Shown here: in pieces, positions 50,818 through 60,504 of the stretch | Layout of the letters: the number at the start of each line of letters is the position of its first letter | Position numbering within the stretch: the stretch's first letter is position 1 | Origin: an uncultured delta proteobacterium | GTDB lineage: Bacteria; Desulfobacterota; Binatia; UBA9968 | Length of the DNA: 64,000 nt | Reading direction: 5' to 3' | Assembly: GCA_963847445.1 (NCBI GenBank) | Contig: CAWJZV010000022.1 | Coordinates: 11,205-75,204 of the forward strand | Made by a program: the position numbers and the translations under genes | The notes under the pieces: generated by a model | What the model was told of the DNA's origin: nothing | Database searches by the model: none | The model's input: the letters and a program-made list of their open reading frames with translations, nothing else

Positions 50818-51366
50818 ATGATGACCGGTCGTATCAGCAATTCAAAAGGTCGAGCGCTGGTTTTGTTGGCAGTGGCAGTTCCGATGATGCTCCTGTTGGC
50901 ACTCGGCGCCATGGAAGTCTCGCGCGCCATCAGCGTCAACAGCACTCTGGTACAGTTCACCCGTGAAGCGGGGAACTTGACTTCCGGTGGCACCGAGGTG
51001 AACCGCTCTCTGAAAGCGGCTATCGCCGCCACGTCATCGACTTTGCACGACAACAATAAGCAGCAGTGGAAGGTGATTTACTCCCAGCTCCGCAAACAAT
51101 CAGGCGACGCCTGTTCGGCGAAAACCTGTTTGTATCAGGTCGAAAGCCAAGTCGAGCTGGGGGATCTCAAAGGACAAAGCCATATCGGCGCGGCAAGAAA
51201 GCCGGTGATCATCGCCGGCATGGACGAGATCGAGCCCAACCGGATTTTTCACTCAATCGAAGTTTTTTACGATTATCGTCCGGAGTTTTTCAGCCTGCTT
51301 AGTAAGCTGATCGATCTAAAGTTCTACGAAAAAACCGTTTACACCGATCTCGCTGCGCTTCGCTGA
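50818..51366 (+). CDS. TadE-like minor pilin, paralog of 48737-49399
   Basis: KGRALVLL, TREAGN, WKVIYSQ, IEVFYDY; AAGGAG RBS. Confidence 0.8.
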   Translation: MMTGRISNSKGRALVLLAVAVPMMLLLALGAMEVSRAISVNSTLVQFTREAGNLTSGGTEVNRSLKAAIAATSSTLHDNNKQQWKVIYSQLRKQSGDACSAKTCLYQVESQVELGDLKGQSHIGAARKPVIIAGMDEIEPNRIFHSIEVFYDYRPEFFSLLSKLIDLKFYEKTVYTDLAALR

Positions 51367-51428
51367 CAAGGAGCGGGGGATGTCAGATGTCCTCACAGCG
51401 CTCTTATTGGCATTAGAAAGTTTCAATG

Positions 51429-51463
51429 AAAAAGGGAGTCGGATTATTAATCCGACTCCCTTT
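51429..51463. terminator. Bidirectional terminator
   Basis: AAAAAGGGAGTCGGATT-ATT-AATCCGACTCCCTTT between convergent genes. Confidence 0.85.
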
Positions 51464-51497
51464 GACTTCCGCGTAGCGACCTGGCTAACGATCGCGC

Positions 51498-51842
51498 CTA
51501 ATATTCAGTCTGGCGCGGCCGCTGGATCTGTTGGTTATTGCGATTGATCGTCTGCTGGTTCTGTTGAATCTGCTGCTGGTTCGCCTCGTACTGTTGCTGT
51601 TGTTCTTGCCCCTGCATGCGATCGCCGATCAAAGCACCGGCGCCCAAACCGACGGCACCGCCGATGGCCGCGCCGGTACCGGGCCGGCCCACCGCAGCGC
51701 CAATTAACCCGCCCGCCGCGGCGCCACCCAGCGCGCCGATACCCGCGCCTTTTTCACGAGTCGTCAGTGAACCGCCGGAACAACCGGCGAAGATCATCCC
51801 AGCCACTCCAAGCGCCATCCATCGTTGGGTCATCACTTTCAT
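51498..51842 (-). CDS. Glycine-zipper lipoprotein with Q/N-rich tail
   Basis: FAGC lipobox, GAGIGALGGAAAGGLIG. Confidence 0.85.
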   Translation of the reverse strand: MKVMTQRWMALGVAGMIFAGCSGGSLTTREKGAGIGALGGAAAGGLIGAAVGRPGTGAAIGGAVGLGAGALIGDRMQGQEQQQQYEANQQQIQQNQQTINRNNQQIQRPRQTEY

Positions 51843-51891
51843 ATAGCCTCCTGTGAATCTGATGTGACTCAAAAACCTCAGTCTCTTTGAG

Positions 51892-51907
51892 AGCAATGTC
51901 ATTGCCA
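51892..51907 (-). promoter_or_regulatory. Putative sigma54 promoter
   Basis: TGGCAATGACATTGCT matches TGGCA-N6-TTGC. Confidence 0.6.
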
Positions 51908-52017
51908 AACCGTTTAGCTCAATTTGAATGTAACTTGGTCATAATCGGGGAAGGATTGGATGTAATTTTAGCTGAATTTTTGGCCACTTTAGCGTGCCGT
52001 TTGGCTCAGGTCCGCGG

Positions 52018-52338
52018 TTATTTTCCCCGCGCCATGGCTTCGATATCGGCGATGGTCGGTGTAGCCAAGCGAAAAGCGCGGTGGGCGCGCCACTCCAAAA
52101 CTTCCATCTCGCGGATACCGCGCTGGTGGTGCGGGTCGGTGGCGGCGAGGTTTTTTGCCTCTTCTAGATTCGCTGCCAGCATGACGTAGACGCCGTAGCG
52201 GCCGTCGGTGGTTGGGCCGGAAAACATTAATCGCCCGGCCTTATGCTGATCGTCGAGCCACTGGCGATGATCCTCGTAATTGCGTTGCTTGTCTTCTTCC
52301 CGTTCCGGCAACGAGCGCGACATGACGAGATACCACAT
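52018..52338 (-). CDS. YciI family protein
   Basis: HRQWL...GRLMFSGP...A.TDP. Confidence 0.85.
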   Translation of the reverse strand: MWYLVMSRSLPEREEDKQRNYEDHRQWLDDQHKAGRLMFSGPTTDGRYGVYVMLAANLEEAKNLAATDPHHQRGIREMEVLEWRAHRAFRLATPTIADIEAMARGK

Positions 52339-52464
52339 GGTGACTTCTCCTTTTTTCCCTAATTCAGTTCCTGCGCTTCATCTTAACCGGCGCTAACAGT
52401 GATTTCTACTTGCTTCGTCGATTCGCCGAGGATAATAGATGGGTAAATTGATGGAGGACCGGCA

Positions 52465-53469
52465 ATGATCATCGATGTCCATGGACATGTATCGGCGCCC
52501 ACCGAGTTGTGGGCCTACAAGGCGAATATCTTATCGGCGCGCGGTTCCCATGGCCGCGGCGGCGTCAATGTTACCGACGACGAGATTCGCGCGGCGGCGA
52601 ATCGCAAAGAAAACTGGGCTAAAGGCCATCTCGACTATCTCAAAGACCACGGCACGGACCTGCAATTGATCTCGCCCCGGCCGTTTCAGCTCATGCAATC
52701 GGAGAAGCCGGCGAAACTGGTGCACTGGTTCGCCGAGGAGTGCAACAACATCATCGCCCGGCAGATGAAGCTGTTCCCTGGGACGTTTCTCGGTGTCTGC
52801 GCCTTGCCCCAGGCGGCGGGCGAGCCGATTGCAAATGTTTTGGCCGAGCTCGAACGCTGCGTGAAGTTGGGCTTTGTCGGTTGTTTACTCAATCCAGATC
52901 CCTTTGAAAACGGCGGCCAAGAGGCGCCGGCGCTGGGCGATCGCTATTGGTATCCGCTTTACGAGAAACTTTGCGAATTGGACGTGCCGGCTCATTTGCA
53001 CGGCACTGGATCACGCTCGGAGCGCAGCCCTTATTCAGTGCATTTTATAAACGAAGAGACCATCGCAGTGTTCGGCTTGGTGAACTCCACGGTCTTGCAG
53101 GATTTTCCCAAGCTGAAAATCATCGTCAGCCACGGCGGCGGCGCGATTCCCTATCAGCTCGGCCGCTTTGAAGCGCCGTCGCTGCGCCGCGGCACCGGCG
53201 CGCGCTTTTCCGACGGCCTGCGCAAGCTTTATTATGACACCGTGCTTTACACCGAAGACGCCTTGCGGCTGTTGATCAAAACCGTCGGCGCCGACCGTTG
53301 CCTGTTCGGCACCGAGTGTCCCGGCACCGGGTCATCCGTCGATCCGGCCACCGGCCGGTCGATGGACAATGTTAAACCAATGCTTGAGAATATCGAAACC
53401 GTGAGCGCGGCAGATAAGCAGAAAATCTTCTGCGATAACGCCAAAGCGGTGTTCAATTTGAAGATATAA
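52465..53469 (+). CDS. ligY: LigY-like meta-cleavage-product hydrolase (amidohydrolase superfamily)
   Basis: HGHVSAP.ELWAYKA, RGSHGRGG, ISPRPFQ, NPDP.ENG, SERSPYS.HFINEET, ECPG match Sphingobium LigY as recalled; not aligned computationally. Confidence 0.75.
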   Translation: MIIDVHGHVSAPTELWAYKANILSARGSHGRGGVNVTDDEIRAAANRKENWAKGHLDYLKDHGTDLQLISPRPFQLMQSEKPAKLVHWFAEECNNIIARQMKLFPGTFLGVCALPQAAGEPIANVLAELERCVKLGFVGCLLNPDPFENGGQEAPALGDRYWYPLYEKLCELDVPAHLHGTGSRSERSPYSVHFINEETIAVFGLVNSTVLQDFPKLKIIVSHGGGAIPYQLGRFEAPSLRRGTGARFSDGLRKLYYDTVLYTEDALRLLIKTVGADRCLFGTECPGTGSSVDPATGRSMDNVKPMLENIETVSAADKQKIFCDNAKAVFNLKI

Positions 53470-53556
53470 AAGGGCGAAGAGTTCAATACGGTCAAGCCGT
53501 TCAAAATGTTCACGTAGGCTGAAGAAGCGGTCAGTACAGATAGCCAATAGAAAACT

Positions 53557-54806
53557 ATGTTATCGCATGAAGAAAATGATCTTCTGACCCGAGTCGGGCC
53601 GGGGACGGCGATGGGGCGGTTGATGCGTTGTTACTGGATTCCGGCGTTGTTGTCGGAGGAGATTCCGTCGACCGATTGTCCTCCGGTGCGGGTGCGGCTC
53701 TTGGGCGAAGATTTGGTTGCCTTTCGCGATTCCACCGGCAGAGTCGGCTTGCTTGGCGAGCATTGCGCCCATCGGGGCACGTCGTTGTTCTTTGGCCGCA
53801 ATGAAGATTGCGGCCTGCGCTGCATTTATCATGGTTGGAAGTACGACGTGGATGGCCATGTGCTGGAGACGCCGGCGGAGCCGGCCGACAGCGACTTTCG
53901 CAACAAGCTTCATCATACCGCTTATCCCTGTCAGGAAATCGCCGGGATGGTATTCACCTACATGGGCGCGCCCGAGAGTATGCCGCTGCTGCCGCGCTAC
54001 GAATGGGCGGAGTTACAGCCGGGCCAGCTGTTTCCGGTGAAGTCATTCCTCGAATGCAATTATCTCCAGGGCATCGAGGGCGACTTCGATTCTTCGCATA
54101 CGTCGTTCTTGCACAACAACAATCTCCAAAACGCCGAACGACTGAAACGCGACGGCGCGCCGACGTTGGAAGCCGAGGAGACCGGCTACGGCATGCGGGC
54201 GGTGTCGATCCGTAAGTTCGGCGCCGAGCAAATCTACGTGCGCACGAGCCCGTACATCATGCCGTCGTTCAGCATCGTGCCCGGCCCGCCGACGGCCAAG
54301 TTCGAGGAAGATGACATTCGCGGCTTTCGTTTCTGGGTGCCCATCGATGATAGTTCCACTTGGCTTTATATTCTGAATATGCGCAAAAAGCCGTTCGACG
54401 AAGCCGAACGAAAAAGCTTACGCAGTTGGGTTGAACCAACGATTACACGCGCAAGCGCAATCTGCACAACGACTATCTCATCGACCGCGAATTGCAGCGC
54501 ACACGGCTTTACTCGGGGATCGAAGCCATCAATCCGGCGGAGCAAGACGGCTGCGCCACCGAGTCCATGGGGCCGATCTTCGATCGTAGTAAGGAACATC
54601 TGGGTTATAGCGATAAAACCATCATCGCCTTACGGAAGATGCTGCTTGGCGCGCTGAGCGATTTGGCTGAAGGCAAACAACCGCCGCATGTGATTCGCCA
54701 TGAGCGAGAGCGCGACTTCTCGCGGCTCCGTTCGCTAAAGGCGATACTGCCGGCGGATGACGACTGGCATCAGGTCATGGAAGGGTTGGGGAAGAACGAT
54801 GGTTAA
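53557..54806 (+). CDS. Rieske non-heme iron oxygenase alpha subunit (phthalate 4,5-dioxygenase/LigXa-like; frameshift ~54440)
   Basis: TRVGPGT.MG, CAHRG, CIYHGW, DSSHTSFLH, EHLGYSD. Confidence 0.85.
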
Positions 54807-55896
54807 CTTAATTGGTTTCATACGTTCACGCCATTTAATTAGCTTAAATTATTGGGAATTCTACGTCGTAATTTCTGGCGCAATGACGATTGCGGCGTTG
54901 GCAGTGTTTTCTCCGCCATCAGTGAATGGCCAACCGTTGCAGAAGTCGGTGGCCATGGTCGGCGCCCGCAGTGGGGCGTCTTGGCCGCTGTGGATCGCCA
55001 AGGAAGCGCGGCTTTACGCCAAGTATGGACTCGATGTCGAGTTGGTCTATGCCGTCCACCCGGCGCCCATCGCGGCGGTGATTACCGGCCATGCGGCGAT
55101 GACTTCGTCGGGCGGCGATCCGGCGCTGCTCGCCGCCGCCAAGGATCCGTCCTTGGTGGTGCTCGGCGGCTTCATGAACAAAGCTTCATTCGCCATGATC
55201 GGCTCGAAAAGCGCCACCGACATGAAGCAATTGGCCGGTAAAAAGATCGGTGTCGGTAGAGTCGGCGATCCGCCCTATCATATGGCGGTCAGCCTGCTTA
55301 AGAAATTTCACCTGACGGCGCGCGATGTCCAGTGGGTGTCCATCGGCGTCGACGCCGCGGCTAGAGCGGCGGCGCTGCAAAGCGGTCTGGTCGACGCGGC
55401 GTTGATCACCGCGCCAGCTTACTTTCGCTTGCAAGCGGCAGGCTTGCCGGTGCTTGCCGTGCTGCTCGATCACGACGATATTTATGTGTCGACCTATTAT
55501 TTGTTTCGCCGCGATGCGCTGGGCAGGGAACGCCCCGCGGCCTTGGCTTATATCAAGGCGCATGCGGAAGCGATCAAACGATTTTACGACGACAAGGCCT
55601 TCGCCGCTGACGTGATGATCAAGTACGGCGGCACGCGCGACCGCGACGACGCCAATCGAGTCTACGATCTATATCGCAAAGCGCGCGTGCTCGAGGCGGT
55701 GCCCTACGCGCTCAAGGGTTCCATCGACGCGGTGATCGAGCGCCAAGGAGCGGATCTCAAGGGCAGCGACCTGAGCAAGATGATCGATAACAGCCTGGTC
55801 GACCAGTTGGTCAAAGAGAAATATTTCGAGACTGTCTTCGGCCCGTCCATTCGTGACGAACAGCAGCGCCGCCAGGCGCAGGCCTTCGGCCGTTAG
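54757..55896 (+). CDS. NMT1/SsuA-like ABC substrate-binding protein (start probably ~54880)
   Basis: WPLWIAKEARLYAKYGLDVE, LAGKKIGVGR. Confidence 0.85.
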   Translation: MTTGIRSWKGWGRTMVNLIGFIRSRHLISLNYWEFYVVISGAMTIAALAVFSPPSVNGQPLQKSVAMVGARSGASWPLWIAKEARLYAKYGLDVELVYAVHPAPIAAVITGHAAMTSSGGDPALLAAAKDPSLVVLGGFMNKASFAMIGSKSATDMKQLAGKKIGVGRVGDPPYHMAVSLLKKFHLTARDVQWVSIGVDAAARAAALQSGLVDAALITAPAYFRLQAAGLPVLAVLLDHDDIYVSTYYLFRRDALGRERPAALAYIKAHAEAIKRFYDDKAFAADVMIKYGGTRDRDDANRVYDLYRKARVLEAVPYALKGSIDAVIERQGADLKGSDLSKMIDNSLVDQLVKEKYFETVFGPSIRDEQQRRQAQAFGR

Positions 55897-56295
55897 TTAA
55901 GGACTGCGCCCGCCGCTGAAAGTGCTAACGCGGTAATCGGCCGACGAAGTGCCGATGAGCGCGATGCCGTACATGAACTGGCCGTCGCCCTCGCCGCGCA
56001 GCGTGACATTGACGATCTTTTCGCCCTTTACCGGAGCGGCAGTGAGGCTGGCAATCTTGCTCGGACGGCCGGATGGGTGCATCTGTTTCACCTTGTCGGC
56101 GAATATGTTCAAGGGCACATAGGCGCGCGCTTTGTCGGCGAGCATGGCATACCCTTGATCGAGATTGCCGCGGACAAACGTCGCTTCGGCAAACTCGATG
56201 GCGCGCTTGGTGGCGAGGGCGGTGTCATGATCGAAGTGCTCGGCGCAGCCGCCGGTCATGACCAGGAACAGTAGCATCGCGGCAAGTTTCAACAT
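55897..56295 (-). CDS. Hypothetical lipoprotein
   Basis: MLKLAAMLLFLVMTGGC. Confidence 0.7.
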   Translation of the reverse strand: MLKLAAMLLFLVMTGGCAEHFDHDTALATKRAIEFAEATFVRGNLDQGYAMLADKARAYVPLNIFADKVKQMHPSGRPSKIASLTAAPVKGEKIVNVTLRGEGDGQFMYGIALIGTSSADYRVSTFSGGRSP

Positions 56296-56378
56296 GATTG
56301 ATTTCTCCGGTTCGTGGCGGACAACTCACTTTTCTCATTGAGCGAATGACGACGAGCGCCAAGCTGGATCGCTATCTC

Positions 56379-57870
56379 TCAGCGGTTATAGCGCGCCGGC
56401 AGCTCGGTTGCGAACGGCGGGCGGCGCAAACCCGCCGCGCAGCTGGCATCGAGTTCTTTGGCGGAGCCGTTCGTGATGAACGCGACGATCTGATCGCGCG
56501 CACAGGGCGATGCATAGCTGTGCGGCGTGCTGCGCAAAATAACTTGGCGCCCATTGGGCAAGCTCGTGAGCGCCCGGGCGCCAAACTCCGCCGGTGTCAC
56601 CGGATCGATATCGCCGGAGAGCATGAGCACCGGCGCGGCAGCGCGCACCGGAGTATGATAACCCGGGTCGATCGCGCCGCGCGGCCAGTAAGCGCAAACT
56701 TGTTGGTGCTGGCGCGTGCGATAATCCCCCAAGAATGTGCCGGTGGCGGCGCGTTCCAGCTCCGATTCATCGATGAACGGTATGGACTCGGCGCAGGTGG
56801 CGCTAAAATAGGCGCCGAGAAACACGCCAAATTCCGGTGCCGGCGCCGATCTCGTGAGGACCCGCACATAAGGAGACCAGTTGCCCTTGGCAGCGCTGTC
56901 AATGATTAGCGGGAGAAGGCTGGCAGTGCGATGACTGTAGAGCAAGGAGACAACTTGTCTGGCGAAGACACCGTGCGAAAGCGCCACCGTCTGGATCGCC
57001 TTGCTATCGGGATGGGCCACTGCAAAATTCACCGTCCCGGGTTTAAAGCCGTCAAGAATCCGGCCGAAGCTGTCAGTGAGATTGGGGTATGCCGAGGCAC
57101 AGACGACATCCGCAGCGCAGTCGTGAAACAGCCTGGTCATCGCCTGTTGCGCCGCCAAGGCGAACTGCAACGGTAGTTTCGCCGTGGGAGCGGCAACGCC
57201 GGCGAGAACCGCAGAGCGCACATGGTCGGAATAACGCCGCACATATTCCAACGCGGCGAGCGAGCCATAAGAGATGCCGTATAGGTTAATCTTGTCGTAG
57301 CCCAACGCGGATCGGATCTCTTCAAGGTCTTCGATTCCTAGCGGCGTGGTATAATATTTTAAGTCGGCGCTCTGCGCTAATTTTTCCCTGCATGCCTGAA
57401 CTTTGACGGGGTCGAAAATCTCAAGGAAGAAATTCTGCACCGCGGTGCGGTCGATTGGAAAGCTGCATTGCAACCCGTTGGAATCGCCGGTGCCACGCAT
57501 GTCGACGAAAACCAGGTCGCGCTCGCGGCGCAACTCGCGCATGATCGCATCTTCACCGGCGCTGGCGATGCGCGCCGCGGCTTGTCCCGGCCCGCCGGCC
57601 AAATAGAAAACCGGGTCAGCCTTGGCTGGGAAACTTCTTGCCGGCAGGACAACGATATTGAGCGCAATCTTGCGGCCGGTTTGTGCCGCGCGATTTTCGT
57701 AGACTTGATGTTTGCCGCAGAGCGCGGCTTCCTTGTGTTTGGCAAGAGTGCAGGAGGTTAACTCGATGGTGGTCGGCCTCTTCGCGGTGACTGGCGAATG
57801 GCGTGACCGTTGCACACGAGGATGCGATGAAAAAGGACGAGTGCCAGAACAACGAGACGGAAAACGTCAT
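56379..57870 (-). CDS. TAP-like alpha/beta hydrolase (peptidase S33-like); 5' frameshift
   Basis: LAGGPG, DMRGTG, YGISYGS, DPVTP, PH. Confidence 0.85.
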
Positions 57871-58044
57871 CGGCGCAGGCCGGCTCAGGTTTCGCGATAC
57901 TGCCAGTCACGTACGATCGCTGGATTCGGCCGGAGTTAACCTGCGCAGTTTGTCGAGGGAGAATGACGGAAGGGGAGTCGCCTTCGCATCGATGGAGTCA
58001 AGAGCCGTCGGCTTGAAACTGAATGCGGCCAAGCTCGCGCCTTG

Positions 58045-58878
58045 CTAGATCGGCCAGCGCAGCCAGTGCGCCAGGCTCTTGCCCATGATCCATTCTTTGT
58101 CATCCGCCGAGAGAAAGTCCATCTCTTCGGTGAACAGGGTGACGTTTTGCCGATAGGAAATCGGCGATTGCGACAGGTCGGTGCCCCACATGACGCGTTG
58201 GGCGCCGAATGCCTCGACGACCCTACGCACCTGCGGATGGAGCGCAGGATAGGGATAATTCTCGGCGACGTAACAGGGCAGGCAGGAAGCTTTGACCGCG
58301 ACATTGGGCAGGCGCGCGAAGGACAGCAACACATCGACTCCGGGTGTGAGGTCTTTGCCGCGCCACTGCACGTTCAAACCCATGTGGTCGACGATCACGC
58401 GCAGTCCGGAGTGGCGCTGGGCGATCTTGCCGATGGCTGCCACGGCGAAGGGCGCGAAGATCATCACCGGTATGTCGTAGCGTTCGCAGTCGGCCCAAAA
58501 CCAATCGGCGGTGCCGTCGTCGAGAAATGAATGGGTGCCGCTGTGGCGAAAGCTAATCCGGAAGCCTTTCATGCCCGGCTGTTTGAGCCAAGCGGGCAGC
58601 TTGTCTTTGCTCGCCGGATCGTTGAGCGGCACCTTGCCCATGACGGCGAACCGGTCGGAATATTTTTGCGCCGCTGCCAGCGCGTAATCATTGCGGTAGC
58701 CATCCCAGGACGGCGGCACCAGGATCACCCGGTCGACGCCGGCACGATTCATTTCCTCCAGCAAGCGCTCGTAGGTCAGCGGATTTTCCTGGTGCGGTTT
58801 AGAAGCGTCCTCTGTGATGTGAGGCCGTTCCGGCGAGTCGGCTTGCCAGATATGGACTTGGGCATCGATGATTTTCAT
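58045..58878 (-). CDS. Amidohydrolase_2 family (lactonase-like)
   Basis: IIDAQVHIW, IVDHMG, NVAVKAS, WGTD. Confidence 0.9.
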   Translation of the reverse strand: MKIIDAQVHIWQADSPERPHITEDASKPHQENPLTYERLLEEMNRAGVDRVILVPPSWDGYRNDYALAAAQKYSDRFAVMGKVPLNDPASKDKLPAWLKQPGMKGFRISFRHSGTHSFLDDGTADWFWADCERYDIPVMIFAPFAVAAIGKIAQRHSGLRVIVDHMGLNVQWRGKDLTPGVDVLLSFARLPNVAVKASCLPCYVAENYPYPALHPQVRRVVEAFGAQRVMWGTDLSQSPISYRQNVTLFTEEMDFLSADDKEWIMGKSLAHWLRWPI

Positions 58879-58941
58879 GGGAAGGCAACAGGCAATAGGC
58901 CGCAGGCAACAGTAAGTAAGAGCGGATTCATATTATGTAAA

Positions 58942-59943
58942 TTATTTTGTCGCGTTGACCTGGCGCAGAATGCGGTCGTCGAAGAATTGCGCCGGCTTGG
59001 CGGTCTTCGCTTCGGGGATCGATTCGGAGAGAAAATCTAAAACGCCTTGGACTCCGGCTTCAGAGGTTACCAGCTCGCGGCGAAAGCCGGCTTTCTTGAA
59101 AAACTCGTAGCTGCGGTCGAGAACGTCTGGATCGGTTTCGTAGGCGTATTTGCCGATGACCTTCATCGAGAAGGGCTTATCGGCGTAGTAGCGCTCGATG
59201 CCGCTGCGTACGGCGCGCAGCAGTGGGACGAGCCTGGCACTGAGCTCGTCGATGCGGCTCTTTCGCACCACCAAGCCGACATTCTGATAGGGCTCGCCGA
59301 TCAAGCTGACCAGCGAACGAAAGCCGTCGCGCTCCATCCTAAAACTTGCCGGCGGCGAGCCGACACCGCCGGCGATCTGTCCGGCGTAAAACGCCGCGAC
59401 GATTTGCGGGCTGCTGCCGAGCGGGCGAAGCTGCACGTCTTTCGCCGTGAGACCCATTTTTTTCAATGCCACCATCGTTCCATAGGCGACCGGTGTTCCC
59501 GGCCGGTCGGTACCGATAATTTTGCCTTTCAACTGCTCGACGGTTTTGATTTCCGGACGGGCATAGAAATCCCAGATCATCGTGTTCAACAGACCGGCGA
59601 TGAAAGTCACGTCGATGCCGCGCAGCGCCGCGGTGAGCACGGGGGCTGCCGAGACTTGGACGACATCGATCTCGTTGGCGAGCAATGCCGGAATCGCGCT
59701 GGTCGATTGCATGGAGAGCACTTCGATGTCCAAGCCTTCCTTGGTAAACGCTCCCGACTCTTTGGCCATCCACACCGACGCCATGGTCGACGAGGTGCTC
59801 AGATAGGCTACCCGCAACGGCCGACCTTGGCGTGAAGACTGCGCCCAGACAGCAATTGGCATGACGAAACTCGCGAATATTCCGGCAATGACGATGCTGG
59901 TCAGTACTTTCTCGATCGTCGCGTTGTTCTTTGTAAAGCCCAT
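58942..59943 (-). CDS. NMT1/SsuA-like ABC substrate-binding protein
   Basis: VWMAKESGAFTKEGLDIE; paralog of 23929-24903. Confidence 0.85.
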   Translation of the reverse strand: MGFTKNNATIEKVLTSIVIAGIFASFVMPIAVWAQSSRQGRPLRVAYLSTSSTMASVWMAKESGAFTKEGLDIEVLSMQSTSAIPALLANEIDVVQVSAAPVLTAALRGIDVTFIAGLLNTMIWDFYARPEIKTVEQLKGKIIGTDRPGTPVAYGTMVALKKMGLTAKDVQLRPLGSSPQIVAAFYAGQIAGGVGSPPASFRMERDGFRSLVSLIGEPYQNVGLVVRKSRIDELSARLVPLLRAVRSGIERYYADKPFSMKVIGKYAYETDPDVLDRSYEFFKKAGFRRELVTSEAGVQGVLDFLSESIPEAKTAKPAQFFDDRILRQVNATK

Positions 59944-60314
59944 GGGATTGGCCTCCGAGTATGGCAGCAAATTGATTGAGCGTAAGATAGGGCAGGACGA
60001 AGGGTAGCGTCAAGGTAAAATAGCGAGCTTCTCGAACCAGAACGTACTTACCCTACGGTCTAAAATTGCGCAGCCATTTCCTGACAAACTGTGAATGGTT
60101 GTCCGGCGGCTAAAATTTTTTTGGCTGCACAATATTGGCCGCCTGTGGGTGCAAAAGCTCAGGAAAATTACCAAGATCTACGCTTATGCTGCAATCTCAC
60201 CCACGGCCCAAGGGTTGCGCTAGGTCTGAGTGAACGCGCGAGCAATCCAAACCGTAACTTTTTGTCGCTGCGCGCGTCTATCTTGAGTGCTCAGATCGGA
60301 AAGGATGGTGCCCC

Positions 60315-60476
60315 ATGAATAACTCTAACGATTCACTCTTTGGTTTCGCCTTGGCGGTTGTGGCTTTGGTGGCGCTGCTCACGGTCAGTCACTCTTGGGA
60401 GCGTTCGGTGTCGCCGTTGACCGTGACTCAATCGAGCGTTAGCGAACTCGGGTTGCGCGTTTCAATGCAGCGTTAA
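60315..60476 (+). CDS. Small (53 aa) single-TM protein, not in ORF track
   Basis: AAGGA RBS; MNNSNDSLFGFALAVVALVALLTVSHSW... Confidence 0.5.
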   Translation: MNNSNDSLFGFALAVVALVALLTVSHSWERSVSPLTVTQSSVSELGLRVSMQR

Positions 60477-60504
60477 ATGTCTCAGTTCGCTGCTTCGGCG
60501 GCGC

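Noticed and set aside
5520-57870. About 18 frameshifted genes read as programmed frameshifting or mass pseudogenisation
   Set aside because: The indels are scattered single bases in otherwise intact genes with no shared slippery motif. Uncorrected long-read error is the simpler explanation; reads are needed to confirm.
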